Shown: one piece after another, positions 16,248 through 25,800 of the stretch
Layout of the letters: each line of letters starts with the position of its first letter
Numbering within the stretch: the first letter of the stretch is position 1
Source: Myxococcales bacterium
GTDB lineage: Bacteria > Myxococcota_A > Polyangia > Haliangiales > Haliangiaceae
DNA: 32,000 nucleotides
Assembly: GCA_016706545.1 (NCBI GenBank)
Contig: JADJJK010000032.1
Span: 3,117-35,116, forward strand
Direction of reading: 5' to 3'
Made by a program: the position numbers and the translations under genes
Notes under the pieces: generated by a model
The model's input: only the letters and a program-made list of their open reading frames with translations
Database searches by the model: none
Told to the model about the DNA's origin: nothing

Positions 16248-17225
16248 ATGCGAGCCGTCCGCTGCCACGAACTCACCGGCCCCTCCGCGCTGCGCGTCGA
16301 CGACGACGTCCCCGATCCTTCGCCCGGTCCCGGACAGATCCTCCTCGAGGTGCAAGCGGCGGGCGTCAACTTCCCCGACGTGCTGCTCACCCGCGGCAAG
16401 TATCAGTTCAAGCCGACGCTGCCGTTCTCGCCCGGCGGCGAAGCGGCCGGAGTGGTGCGCGCGCTTGGCCCCGGCGTCACCACGCTGGCGGTCGGCGACC
16501 GCGTCGCCACCACCGTCCTGCACGGCGCCTTCGCCGAGCTGCTCGTGGCCCCGGAGCTGGCCACCGTCAAGCTGCCAGCGGCGGTGTCCGCCCACGTCGG
16601 CGCCGCCACGCTCCTGACCTACGCCACCACGTACCACGCGCTGGTTGACCGCGCCCAGCTCACCGCCGGGGAGAGCCTCCTGGTGCTCGGAGCAGCCGGC
16701 GGAGTCGGCCTGGCCGCGGTGGAGCTGGGCAAGCTGCTCGGCGCGCGCGTGATCGCCGCCGCCTCCAGCGAGGACAAGCTGGCGCTGTGCCGCCAGCACG
16801 GCGCCGACGACACCATCGACTACAGCCGCGAGGACCTCAAGGAGCGAGTGAAGGAGCTCACGCGAGGCAACGGCGTGGACGTGATCTACGATCCGGTGGG
16901 CGGGGCGTACGCCGAGCCGGCGCTGCGCTCGATCGCGTGGCAAGGGCGATACCTCGTGGTCGGGTTCGCGGCGGGGGAGATCCCGCGCATCCCGCTGAAC
17001 CTGACGTTGCTCAAGGGCTGTCAGATCGTCGGCGTGTTCTGGGGCCAGTTCGCGATGCGCCAGCCGGCGCAGAACCGCGCCAACGGCGAGCGCCTGCTCG
17101 GCTGGGTCGCCGAGGGCAAGCTCGCCCCCCACGTCGATGACGTCTTGCCGTTTGCGCGCGCCGGCGAGGCGCTCGAGCGGCTCGAGGGGCGCACGGTCAA
17201 AGGCAAGCTCGTGCTGACGCCGTGA
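16248..17225 (+). CDS. NADPH:quinone oxidoreductase / zeta-crystallin-type medium-chain dehydrogenase-reductase
   Basis: ILLEVQAAGVNFPDVLLTRGKYQFKPTLPFSPGGEAAGVV...GESLLVLGAAGGVGLAAVELGKLLGARVIAAASS...GVDVIYDPVGG...GKLVL. Length 325 aa. Confidence 0.9.
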   Translation: MRAVRCHELTGPSALRVDDDVPDPSPGPGQILLEVQAAGVNFPDVLLTRGKYQFKPTLPFSPGGEAAGVVRALGPGVTTLAVGDRVATTVLHGAFAELLVAPELATVKLPAAVSAHVGAATLLTYATTYHALVDRAQLTAGESLLVLGAAGGVGLAAVELGKLLGARVIAAASSEDKLALCRQHGADDTIDYSREDLKERVKELTRGNGVDVIYDPVGGAYAEPALRSIAWQGRYLVVGFAAGEIPRIPLNLTLLKGCQIVGVFWGQFAMRQPAQNRANGERLLGWVAEGKLAPHVDDVLPFARAGEALERLEGRTVKGKLVLTP

Positions 17226-17290
17226 CGCTTGAGGCCAGCGCGTGGTGCCGCGGGATTGCGAGCGGCCCGACCCACGGCGATACTCCCACC

Positions 17291-17953
17291 ATGCGCTCCT
17301 CTCCGACGCCGGCGTCGCCGGCCCTGCTCGCCGCGCTGGCCCTGCTCTCACTCTCCGCCACCGCGTGCAAGCGCAGCGAGTCAGCGCGCGAGGCGCTGGG
17401 CCAGGTGCCCGCCGCTGGCGCCGCGGCCGAGCCCCCGGCGCCGGTCCAGACCACCGCGGGCCTGGCCGCGCAGACCTGGTCGGACGCGGCGTGTGAGCCG
17501 TCCAAGGACCCCGCGGTCAAGCAGCGCGCTGGCTACGCGAAGCTCACCCTGGACGGCGATGGCCTCGGCGAGATGCACGACAACATCCCGGCGCTGTGCG
17601 GCGCCCTGCACACCGCCGCCACCAAGCGCTTCGCCGTCGGGGACGGCACGCTGTTTCGCGTCTGCATCCCAGGCGGCGGTCGCTTTCAGATCTCGTCGGA
17701 CGTCGTGCTTTCGGGGCCCTTGTCCACCGAGTTCACCTACGAGAACTACAAGAAGACCGGCCCGCTCATCGAGCTGTATCGCCCCGAGGTTGGCACCTAC
17801 AACCAGCGCGACACCCCGGCGGAGCACGACAAGCTCGACGTCGCCTTCGACTGGAGCACGGTCGCTGCGGAGCTTGACCTGGTGTGGCCCTCGAAGAAGG
17901 ACCGGGTGGTCCGTGTCAAGGCGCACATCGACTGCGGTGGCGCCCTGCGCTGA
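17291..17953 (+). CDS. Putative lipoprotein, function unknown
   Basis: MRSSPTPASPALLAALALLSLSATAC has a lipobox-like LSATAC. The mature part carries several further Cys. The ORF track start GTG 17222 overlaps the upstream stop but would add a 23-aa leader. Confidence 0.7.
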   Translation: MRSSPTPASPALLAALALLSLSATACKRSESAREALGQVPAAGAAAEPPAPVQTTAGLAAQTWSDAACEPSKDPAVKQRAGYAKLTLDGDGLGEMHDNIPALCGALHTAATKRFAVGDGTLFRVCIPGGGRFQISSDVVLSGPLSTEFTYENYKKTGPLIELYRPEVGTYNQRDTPAEHDKLDVAFDWSTVAAELDLVWPSKKDRVVRVKAHIDCGGALR

Positions 17954-18121
17954 CCGCCAGGACCGGCAAAAACAGCTAGCAACTCGCGGTGTCACCCGGC
18001 CGTTGCAGAGCTGCAACATTTGCCCGGTAGTTGTGCCTTATACGGTGTTTCACGGTGACAGGTTTGTCGCTATCGGCACCGGGCTGGCCGCCTGGACCAG
18101 CGTTCTGCGAAGGAGAGCCTC

Positions 18122-19480
18122 ATGATGAACATCCGTCGTTTTGTCCCCTGCGCGCTTCGCGGCGCGCTCCTGGCGACCTTGGCCCTTACCCTGACCGCGA
18201 CCGCAAGTCACGCCCAGGTCGGCCCCGCCGCTCCGCCGGTGGCGCCCACGCCCGAGCTCTCGTCGTCGCAGCCCGCGCCCGAGACCCCGACCGCCGAGCC
18301 GCCCCCGGTGGTGGCCGAGCCCGCCCCCGTCGTGGAGGCCCAGCCGGAGCCGGTGGCCACCGTCAAGGACGCCCAGGCCTCGAAGGACCAAAAGCCCGCC
18401 GTCCACGTCACCTACGACAAGGGCTTTGTCCTCGCCAGCGAAGATGACAAGTTCGAGACCCGCATCGCGCTGCGCACGCAGTTTCGCTTCGAGTCCTCCC
18501 GCCCCACCGAGGACGGCTCGGAGTTCTTGTCGCGCACGTACATCGCGCGCGCGCGCCTGCAGCTCGAGGGCCACGTCTACGGCAAGGACAACCGCTACAA
18601 GCTCGAGACCTCGCTTGGCGACCGCGGCAGCTTCACCTTCGTGCGCGATGCGTACCTGGAGCACAAGTTCTCGTCGGTGTGGCTGCGCGTCGGTCAGTGG
18701 AAGCGCCCCCACAACCGGCAGGAGCTGGTGTCGGACTTCTCGTCCGTGTTCAACGAGCGCGCGGTGACCGCTGACTTCGTCGGCGGTGGACGCGACATGG
18801 GCCTGGCCCTGCACAACGACTACGAGAAGTCTCCCGAGGGGCTCGAGTGGGTGGTGGGCGTGTTCAACGGGTTCTCCGGCGGCGCTGATCGCCCAGCCTT
18901 GACCACGACGTGTACCGCCAACGCGACGACCGGCGCCATCACCTGCCGCAACGCCACCCCCCCGCCATCCACCCTGGTGGCGCGCGCTGGCTGGAACGTC
19001 GGCAAGATCAAGGGCTACTCCGAAGGTGACCTGGAGGGCGGCCCGCTGCGCGTGGCCGTCGGCGCCAGCTACAAGCTCAACCTCGCCAACTTCGACAAGG
19101 GCGCCCAGTCCTCGGTGAGCAAGAACTTCTCCCACAGCGCCCAGGCCGATGTCCTGCTCAAGAGCAACGGCCTCGACGTGCTGGCGGCGGTCTACGTGCA
19201 GAAGCTCGCCGGCGGCGACACCGAGCTGGGCGCGCTCCTGCAAGGTGGCTACTTCGTGACGCCCAAGCAGCTTCAGCTCGCCGGCCGGTTTGCGTTCCAC
19301 CAGGCTCCTGGCGATCGCAACCAGCTCGAGGGCCGCGTGGCGGTCAACTACTACCTCGCGGGTCATTCGTACAAGCTGGCCAGCGACGCCGGCTTTCTGC
19401 AGCTCACCGGAGAGGACGCCATGGGCGTCAAGGACAAGGCGGATCTGCAGGCGCGCGTGATGGCGCAGATGACGTTCTGA
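18122..19480 (+). CDS. Phosphate-selective porin O/P family outer-membrane beta-barrel
   Basis: GAAGGAG lies upstream of ATG. Signal peptide: MMNIRRFVPCALRGALLATLALTLTATASHA. A Pro-rich linker follows, then VTYDKGFVLASEDDKFETRIALRTQFRFE...ARARLQLEGHV...FVRDAYLEHKF...LRVGQWKRPHNRQEL. The protein ends in the aromatic sequence ...AQMTF. Confidence 0.85.
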   Translation: MMNIRRFVPCALRGALLATLALTLTATASHAQVGPAAPPVAPTPELSSSQPAPETPTAEPPPVVAEPAPVVEAQPEPVATVKDAQASKDQKPAVHVTYDKGFVLASEDDKFETRIALRTQFRFESSRPTEDGSEFLSRTYIARARLQLEGHVYGKDNRYKLETSLGDRGSFTFVRDAYLEHKFSSVWLRVGQWKRPHNRQELVSDFSSVFNERAVTADFVGGGRDMGLALHNDYEKSPEGLEWVVGVFNGFSGGADRPALTTTCTANATTGAITCRNATPPPSTLVARAGWNVGKIKGYSEGDLEGGPLRVAVGASYKLNLANFDKGAQSSVSKNFSHSAQADVLLKSNGLDVLAAVYVQKLAGGDTELGALLQGGYFVTPKQLQLAGRFAFHQAPGDRNQLEGRVAVNYYLAGHSYKLASDAGFLQLTGEDAMGVKDKADLQARVMAQMTF

Positions 19481-19604
19481 TCGGATGGTCGCCTCCAGCT
19501 CCTGAGCGTCGGCGCTGGCGCAGGATTGCGCGGCCCTTCACCAGGGCCTGCGTTCGTATCGGAGCATGCTAGGGTCCGCAAAACCGTTAGCTCGAAAGCA
19601 ACGC

Positions 19605-21551
19605 ATGCGAACCCAGTACCTTCTCCGCTCACGTCCGCTGGCCGTGGTCAGCGCTTCTCCGCTCGTGCGTGGGCTCTTGCTCGCGACGTGCCTCTGGTCC
19701 TGCGGCCCAGCGCGACCAGCGCCCCAGCCGGCCAGGCCTGCGGCGCGAGAACAGCCCGCCGGCGCATCCTCTGCTGCCTCTTCTGGCGCGACCGGCGCGA
19801 CCGGCGCCGCCGCCGCGCAACCACCGACGCCGGCCTCGGTGGAGCAGCGCCGCAAGGCGCTCGCCGCGCTCCTGACCGAGCACTGGGAGTACACGCTGCG
19901 CGTGAGCCCTGAGCTCGCCAGCATCCTGGCGGACCGCCGCTACAACGACCAGTGGACGGATCTGTCCTCGGCGGCGATCCAGAAGCGGATCGCGGACACC
20001 CGGACCTTCCTCCAGCGCTTCGAGGCCATCGACCCCACCGACCTGCCGGAGCAAGAGGCGCTGAGCCACCGGCTGATGCTGCGCGACCTGCGCCAGTCGC
20101 TCGACAACGTCCGCTTCGAAGACTGGCTGATGCCGGTCAACCAGTTTGGCGGCGTCCACCTGGGCATCGCCAGCCTGCCGCCGATGCTGGCGTTCGGGAC
20201 CGTCAAGGACTACGAAGACTACCTGGCCCGGCTCGACAAGCTGCCGCTGGTGCTCGAGCAGGTGACCGCGCTCATGCGCGAGGGCATGGCCAAGAAGCTG
20301 ATGCCGCCGCGCATCCTCCTGGTGCAGTGCGTGGAGCAAGCCGCTGCGCTGGCCCGCGGCAAGCCGGAGCGCAGCCCGTTCTATGGGCCGGCCAAGCGCT
20401 TCGCCAAGGGCATCTCGCGCGCCGAGCAAGCGCGCCTGCGAGGACAGATCCTGGCGGCGGTGCGCGGCAAGGTGCAGCCGGCGTACGCCGCGTTCGCGAC
20501 GTTCTTGCAGGACACCTATGTGCCGCAGGGACGAGAAGATCCGGGGCTGTGGGCGCTCCCCGACGGCGCCGAGCGCTACGCCGCGCGCGTCAAGGAGGTC
20601 ACCACCACCAACTTGAGCCCCGTGCAGATCCACGAGCTGGGCCGCGCCGAGGTGGCGCGGATCGAAGACGAGCAAGCGGAGATCGGCAAGAAGCTCGGCT
20701 TCGCCACGCTGGAGGCGTTCCGCAAGCACGTGCGCGGCAATCGCAAGCTGCGCTCCAAGAGCGCCGGCGAGATCCTCGCCCGCTATCGCAGGCACACCGC
20801 GCAGATGACCAGCAAGCTACCCGAGCTCTTTGGCCGGCTGCCCAAGCAGCGCATGGAGATCCAGAAGACCGAGGCGTTTCGAGAGAAGCAGGCGGCCGGC
20901 GCGGAGTACCAGCAAGGCGCACCGGATGGCTCGCGCCCGGGCATGGTGAGGGTCAACACCTACCAGCCCCAGACGCGCCTGTGGATCGACATGGAGTCCA
21001 CCGCGTATCACGAGGGCGTGCCCGGCCATCACTTGCAGAACGCCATCCAGCAAGAGCTGACGGAGCTGCCGCCGTTTCGCCAGCAGGCAAACTACGTGGC
21101 CTACGGTGAGGGCTGGGCGCTGTACTCGGAGCGGCTGGGCAAGGAGCTTGGCTTCTACCAGGACCCCTACAGCGACTACGGGCGGCTACAAGACGAGATG
21201 CTGCGCGCCATCCGGCTCGTCGTGGACACCGGGTTCCACGCCAAGAAGTGGCAGCGCGACAAGGTGGTGCAGTTCTTCCGCGAGCACTCCACGATCGATG
21301 AGGTCTCCATCCAGGCGGAGACAGATCGCTACATCGCCATCCCAGGCCAGGCGCTGGGATACAAGGTCGGCCAGCTCACCATCCTGCGCTTGCGCGAGCA
21401 GGCGCAGCGCGAGCTCGGCAAGGCCTTTGACCTGCGCGCCTTCCACGACACGATCCTCGGCGCTGGCGCCTTGCCGCTCGAGATCCTCGAGGAGCGCATC
21501 GCCGCCTGGATCGCCGCCCAGCAGGCGGCGACCGCGCCTGGCGGAGACTGA
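19605..21551 (+). CDS. DUF885-family protein (putative exported metallopeptidase-like)
   Basis: EHWEYTLRVSPELASILADRRYNDQWTDLS...FEDWLMPVNQFGG...STAYHEGVPGHHLQ (HExxGHH-like)...DRYIAIPGQALGYKVGQL. The N-terminus RGLLLATCLWSC looks like a signal or lipoprotein sequence. The alternative start is ATG 19566. Confidence 0.85.
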   Translation: MRTQYLLRSRPLAVVSASPLVRGLLLATCLWSCGPARPAPQPARPAAREQPAGASSAASSGATGATGAAAAQPPTPASVEQRRKALAALLTEHWEYTLRVSPELASILADRRYNDQWTDLSSAAIQKRIADTRTFLQRFEAIDPTDLPEQEALSHRLMLRDLRQSLDNVRFEDWLMPVNQFGGVHLGIASLPPMLAFGTVKDYEDYLARLDKLPLVLEQVTALMREGMAKKLMPPRILLVQCVEQAAALARGKPERSPFYGPAKRFAKGISRAEQARLRGQILAAVRGKVQPAYAAFATFLQDTYVPQGREDPGLWALPDGAERYAARVKEVTTTNLSPVQIHELGRAEVARIEDEQAEIGKKLGFATLEAFRKHVRGNRKLRSKSAGEILARYRRHTAQMTSKLPELFGRLPKQRMEIQKTEAFREKQAAGAEYQQGAPDGSRPGMVRVNTYQPQTRLWIDMESTAYHEGVPGHHLQNAIQQELTELPPFRQQANYVAYGEGWALYSERLGKELGFYQDPYSDYGRLQDEMLRAIRLVVDTGFHAKKWQRDKVVQFFREHSTIDEVSIQAETDRYIAIPGQALGYKVGQLTILRLREQAQRELGKAFDLRAFHDTILGAGALPLEILEERIAAWIAAQQAATAPGGD

Positions 21552-21578
21552 GCGCTGGCAGCTCGGCGCTGCTAGCGC
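21552..21578. terminator. Candidate bidirectional terminator hairpin between convergent genes
   Basis: GCGCTGGCAGC-tcggc-GCTGCTAGCGC forms an 11-bp stem with one G-U pair. It starts right after the DUF885 stop and overlaps the solA-like stop codon. Confidence 0.4.
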
Positions 21579-22741
21579 GCCGGGCTCTCGCCAAAGCGCG
21601 CGAGCCGCAGAAAGTCGATCGGCAGCGCGGTCTTGCGCTCGCAAGAGAGGTCTGCCAGGACCTCGCCGATCACGGTGGCGAACTTGAAGCCGTGTCCAGA
21701 GAAGCCAGCCGCCAGGCACACGTGGGGGTGCCGTGGGTGCAGGTCCACGACGAAGTCTTCGTCGGGCGTCATGGTGTAGAGGCAGCGCTTGGCATGCACC
21801 AGGCGCGGCGAGACCTCGGGCAGGTACGCGGAGATCGCCGCGGCGACCGCCTGGGGCACCTGCACCTGCGCACCTGCGTCCTTGGCGCCGTCTGCGTCAG
21901 GGCTGACCTCGGGGCCGGGCGCGTGCTCGCAGATCTTGGCGCCCCACGCGCCCCAGCGCGGAAAGCCGTACACGAAGTGCCCGTCCACATCGAACGCATA
22001 CGCCGGCATGCCACGCTCCGCGGCCATCGCGTCGCCGGCGGAGAACCAGAGCTGATGAACCAGGTGCACGCGCAAAGGCAACGCCAGCTCTGACAGCGCG
22101 GCAGCCGCCCATGGCCCTGCGGTCACCACCAGGCGCGCCGCCAGGAAGCGGCCGTGTTCGGTGGTCACCGCAACGCCGTGCGCGTCGGCGCTCCACGACA
22201 GCACGCGCTCCCCAAAGCGCAGGGTCGCCCCGTGCCGGGTCGCCACCTCGGCGTGCGAGCGGACGCAGCGATCCACCTCCAGAAAGCCGGCGCCCGGCTC
22301 GAACATGCACACCATGTCGTCGGGCAGCGCCAGGGCCGGCCAGCGAGCGCGCACCTGCGCCGCAGACAGCTCCTGCACCGGCACCGCGAGCTGACGGGCG
22401 GTGGCGAGGGCGCGAGCAAACGACGTGCCCGCGCCAGCGTCTTGCGCCGCGTCCGCCGTGGTGCAGAGCGCCAGCCCGCTTCGGTGCAAGAGCGAGGCGC
22501 CGACCTCCTCGCTCAGCTCGTCCCAGAGCTGGTACGCGCGCTCGAGCAGCGGCCCGTAGCGCGGGCTCTCGAAGTACGCCTTGCGGATGAGCCGGGTCTC
22601 GCCGTGCGAGGCGCCGCGGTCGTGGCCCTGCGCAAACTGCTCGAGGCCGAGCACGCGCTGGCCACGGCGCGCCAGGTGCGCCGCAGCCGCGGTGCCCATC
22701 CCACCAAGCCCGAGCACGATGACGTCGTACGAAGCTGTCAT
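21572..22741 (-). CDS. solA: N-methyl-L-tryptophan oxidase / monomeric sarcosine oxidase-type FAD oxidoreductase
   Basis: MTASYDVIVLGLGGMGTAAAAHLARRG is the dinucleotide fold. Also GASHGETRLIRKAYFE, and ...RCLYTMTPDEDFVVD...GFSGHGFKFATVIGEVLADL with a Cys at the position of the covalent-FAD Cys. GGAGG lies 6 nt before ATG 22741. Confidence 0.85.
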   Translation of the reverse strand: MTASYDVIVLGLGGMGTAAAAHLARRGQRVLGLEQFAQGHDRGASHGETRLIRKAYFESPRYGPLLERAYQLWDELSEEVGASLLHRSGLALCTTADAAQDAGAGTSFARALATARQLAVPVQELSAAQVRARWPALALPDDMVCMFEPGAGFLEVDRCVRSHAEVATRHGATLRFGERVLSWSADAHGVAVTTEHGRFLAARLVVTAGPWAAAALSELALPLRVHLVHQLWFSAGDAMAAERGMPAYAFDVDGHFVYGFPRWGAWGAKICEHAPGPEVSPDADGAKDAGAQVQVPQAVAAAISAYLPEVSPRLVHAKRCLYTMTPDEDFVVDLHPRHPHVCLAAGFSGHGFKFATVIGEVLADLSCERKTALPIDFLRLARFGESPAR

Positions 22742-22873
22742 GAGTGCCTCCACTTTCCCCCGCAGGCCCCGGCTTTTGAACCCGCCAGCGAGGCTTTCTC
22801 GCGGCGGTCAGGACCGCGCTTCTGCCGTGGCCATCTCGCGCTTGCCCAGTGTACTCTCCAGAGCCAGACCGAC

Positions 22874-25800
22874 GTGACCTCCGGGACCCTGCCGGCAAGG
22901 CCAACCGATATCGACGAGTTTCGACTGATCCGGATCCTCGGCAGCGGCGGCATGGGCGCGGTGTACCTGGCGCACGACACGATCCTCGATCGCTCGGTGG
23001 CGCTCAAGCTCATGCGCGTGGGCGCCAGCGAGGAGCACCGCCTGCGGTTTCTCACCGAGGCGCGCGCGCTGGCGCGCCTGGATCACCCCAACGTGGTCTC
23101 CATCTTCCGCGCTGGCGTCGCCGCTGGCGGCGAGCCCTACCTGGTGCAGGAGCTGGTGGCCGGCTCGTCAGTGGACCGCGCCACGTTGCCGGTGTCGCCA
23201 CGGCGCGCGCTGGAGCTAGCGCTCGGTATCGCGCGTGGCCTCGCCGCGGCGCACCGCCGTGGCGTGCTCCACCGCGACATCAAGCCCAGCAACATCATGA
23301 TCGACGACACGGGCACGCCGCGGCTGCTCGACTTTGGGCTGGCCAAGCTCACGGGCGCCGCGCCACCGGCGAGCGCCCGCCCCCATCCCCCGGGCCACCG
23401 AGCCGATGTGGACCACCCAGACGATCGCCCCCCGGCGCGCGTCGCCCCGAAGCCAGCGGCCAGCCCGCTCGCCACCACCCTGCAAACGCGCCTGCCACGC
23501 CCAAGCGACGCCGCTCGCCCAGCAGGGTCCACCGACGCCCCGCGCCTGGCGGCCGAGGAGCGCTCGCCACCGACGCCCCCCAGCGCTCCCGACCTCGCCG
23601 TCACCGCCGACCTGCCTGCCGCGCCTGTCGCGCCCCTCGCCGTCACCGCCGACCTGCCGGCCGCGCCTTCCGCGCTCCTCGCCGTCACCGCCGACCTGCC
23701 TGCCGCGCCTTCCGCGCCCCTCGCCGTCACCGCCGACCTGCCGGCCGCGCCTCCGTCGGCTGCTACCGATCGCCTGCTCGCCGATGGACCCGTGCCGCAG
23801 GGCTCCCCTGAGGATCCCACCAGCGCCGGCGCCATCCTCGGCACCCCGCGCTACATGGCGCCCGAGGTGTGGCGCGGTGAGCCCGCGAGCTTGCGCAGTG
23901 ACCTCTACTCGCTGGGCGCGGTGTTCTACGAGCTGCTCACCGGGGAGCCTCCGTATCTGCAGCCGGACCTGGAGTCGCTGCAGCGCGCGGTCCTCGAGGG
24001 CGCGCCAGCGCCGCCGGTCGCGGCGCGCGTGAGCGGCCTCGACGCAGACTTCGCGGAGCTCGTCACGCGATGCCTGGCGCGACAAGCCAGCGATCGCCCG
24101 CAGTCCGCCGACGAGGTCGTGTTCCAGCTAGAGCGCATCGCCGCTGGCGCACCGCCGATCCCCGAGGGCAGCCCATACCGTGGCCTGTCCCCGTTCGAGG
24201 CCGAGCAGCGTGCGCTGTTCTTCGGCCGCGGCCCGGAGATCAGCGCCATCGTCGATCGCCTGCGCGGCGCCTCGCTGGTGGTGGTCACCGGCGACTCCGG
24301 CATCGGCAAGTCCTCGCTGTGCCGCGCTGGCGTGCTCCCCGCGGTGGCCGCTGGCGCGCTCGAGGTCGGCGGCAGCTCGCGACGATGGCAGACCCGCGTG
24401 ATCTCGCCCGGTCCGCGCCCCGCGTCGGCGCTCCTGGCTGCGCTTGGCCTCGCCGAGTCCGCTGAGCCCAGCGCCCAGGCCGATCCCGCCGCGCCCGCCG
24501 CGCCCGCCGCGCCCGCCGCGCCCGCCGCACCGACCGATCCCGCCGCACCCGCTGCACCCGCCACACCCGCCGAGCTCGCCGGCGACGCGCAGCCCCTGGC
24601 CCAGCGGCTCGCGCGGCGCTTCGCCGGAGGCACGACGGGCGTCCTCTGTCTGATCGATCAGGCCGAGGAGCTGGTGACCCAGAGCCAGCCAGCGCAGGCC
24701 GCGCGCGCCGGCGACCTGCTCGCCAGCATCGCCGAGGGCATCCCCGGCGTGAAGGTGCTCGTCGCCGTCCGCGGCGACTTCCTGACCCGCGTCGCGGCGC
24801 TGCCGGGCGTGCGCGGCTCGCTGACCGACAGCTTGCACCTGGTGCGCGGCCTCTCTCCTGAAGACGCGCGCGCGGTGGTGGTCGAGCCCGCCCGCGCCAA
24901 GGGGGTTCGCTTCGAGACCGAGGCGATGGTGCAGTCGCTGGTGGACTCCATCCTCGAGAGACCGGCGGCCCTGCCCCTCTTGCAGTTCGCGCTGGCCGAG
25001 CTATGGGGCCACCGCGACATCGAGCGCGCGGTGATCCCGGCGCGCGCGCTCACCGAGATCGGGGGCGTCGCTGGCGCGCTGGCGAGCCACGCTGACCGCG
25101 TGTTGACCGCGCTCGGCGGCCCTGAGCGCATCGCCGCCCGCCGGGTGCTGCTGGCCCTGGTGTCCGGAGAGCGCACGCGCCGGAGCTGCGCGCGCGGCGA
25201 GCTCCTGGGCGGCGGCGACAGCTCCGCTTCGGCCCGCGCGCTCGAGGCCCTGGTGCGCGGCCGGCTGGTCGCGGCGCGCGACGTCGCGGATGGAGATCCG
25301 GTGTACGAGCTGGCACACGAGTCGCTGCTGTCGGCCTGGGGCACCTTGCGCGGCTGGCTCGACGACGCGGCCGGCCAGCGCGGCATCCGCACGCGGCTTG
25401 GCGCGGCCGCCGATGAGTGGCATCGGCTCGGCCGGCGGCGAGAGCTCCTGTGGAAGCGCTCACAGCTCACCGAGACCGCGCAGCTCACCGAGCTGACCCA
25501 AGGGGACCGCGCCTTCCTCGACGCCAGCCGCGCGGCCGCCAGGCGCCGCGTCGCGCTGGCGGTGGCGCTGACCGCGGCCATCCCCGCCGCCGCCGCCTTG
25601 ACCTGGTGGAGCGCGTCGTACCGCGAGCGGGAGCGCCGCGAGCTCCTGGTGGACCAGCGCCGCGCCGACGCCGACGCCGCCATGCAGCGCGCCCACGCCG
25701 CGCTCACCGAGGCCCACGGCCTGCGCGCCGAGGCCACCGCCAGGTTCCGAGGCGCCGCGGCCCCCAAGCTGCGCTCCGACGTCCCCGAGGTCGCGCAGGC

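Noticed and set aside
16200-17351. Long antisense or off-frame ORFs: 16200..17351(-), 18050..19366(-), 19629..20795(-), 4665..5912(-), 6033..7058(-), 7508..8500(-), 11755..13170(+), 13736..14725(-), 24658..25767(-), 25460..26455(-), 26914..28074(-), 30902..31750(-)
   Set aside because: Each overlaps a gene with strong family motifs on the other strand or in another frame. Their translations are dominated by Arg, Gly, Ala and Pro and have no motifs. At this GC content stop codons are rare in every frame.
17954-18121. Pho box upstream of the OprO/P-type porin
   Set aside because: I find only one 6/7 match to the CTGTCAT half-site (CTGTCAC on the minus strand at ~18056-18062), with no properly spaced partner. 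The GTTGCA-n4-TGCAAC palindrome at 18002-18017 is short. This is not enough to call a Pho box.
22154-22873. First 240 aa of the 1678-aa ORF 22154..27190
   Set aside because: It is antisense to the solA-like gene and non-protein-like. The kinase N-terminus begins just before the G-loop, so GTG 22874 is the first plausible start.
23594-23761. Regular 42-bp repeats as a possible CRISPR array
   Set aside because: The units are directly abutting with no spacers, in frame, and inside a kinase ORF. There are no cas genes nearby. This is a coding tandem repeat, not a CRISPR array.
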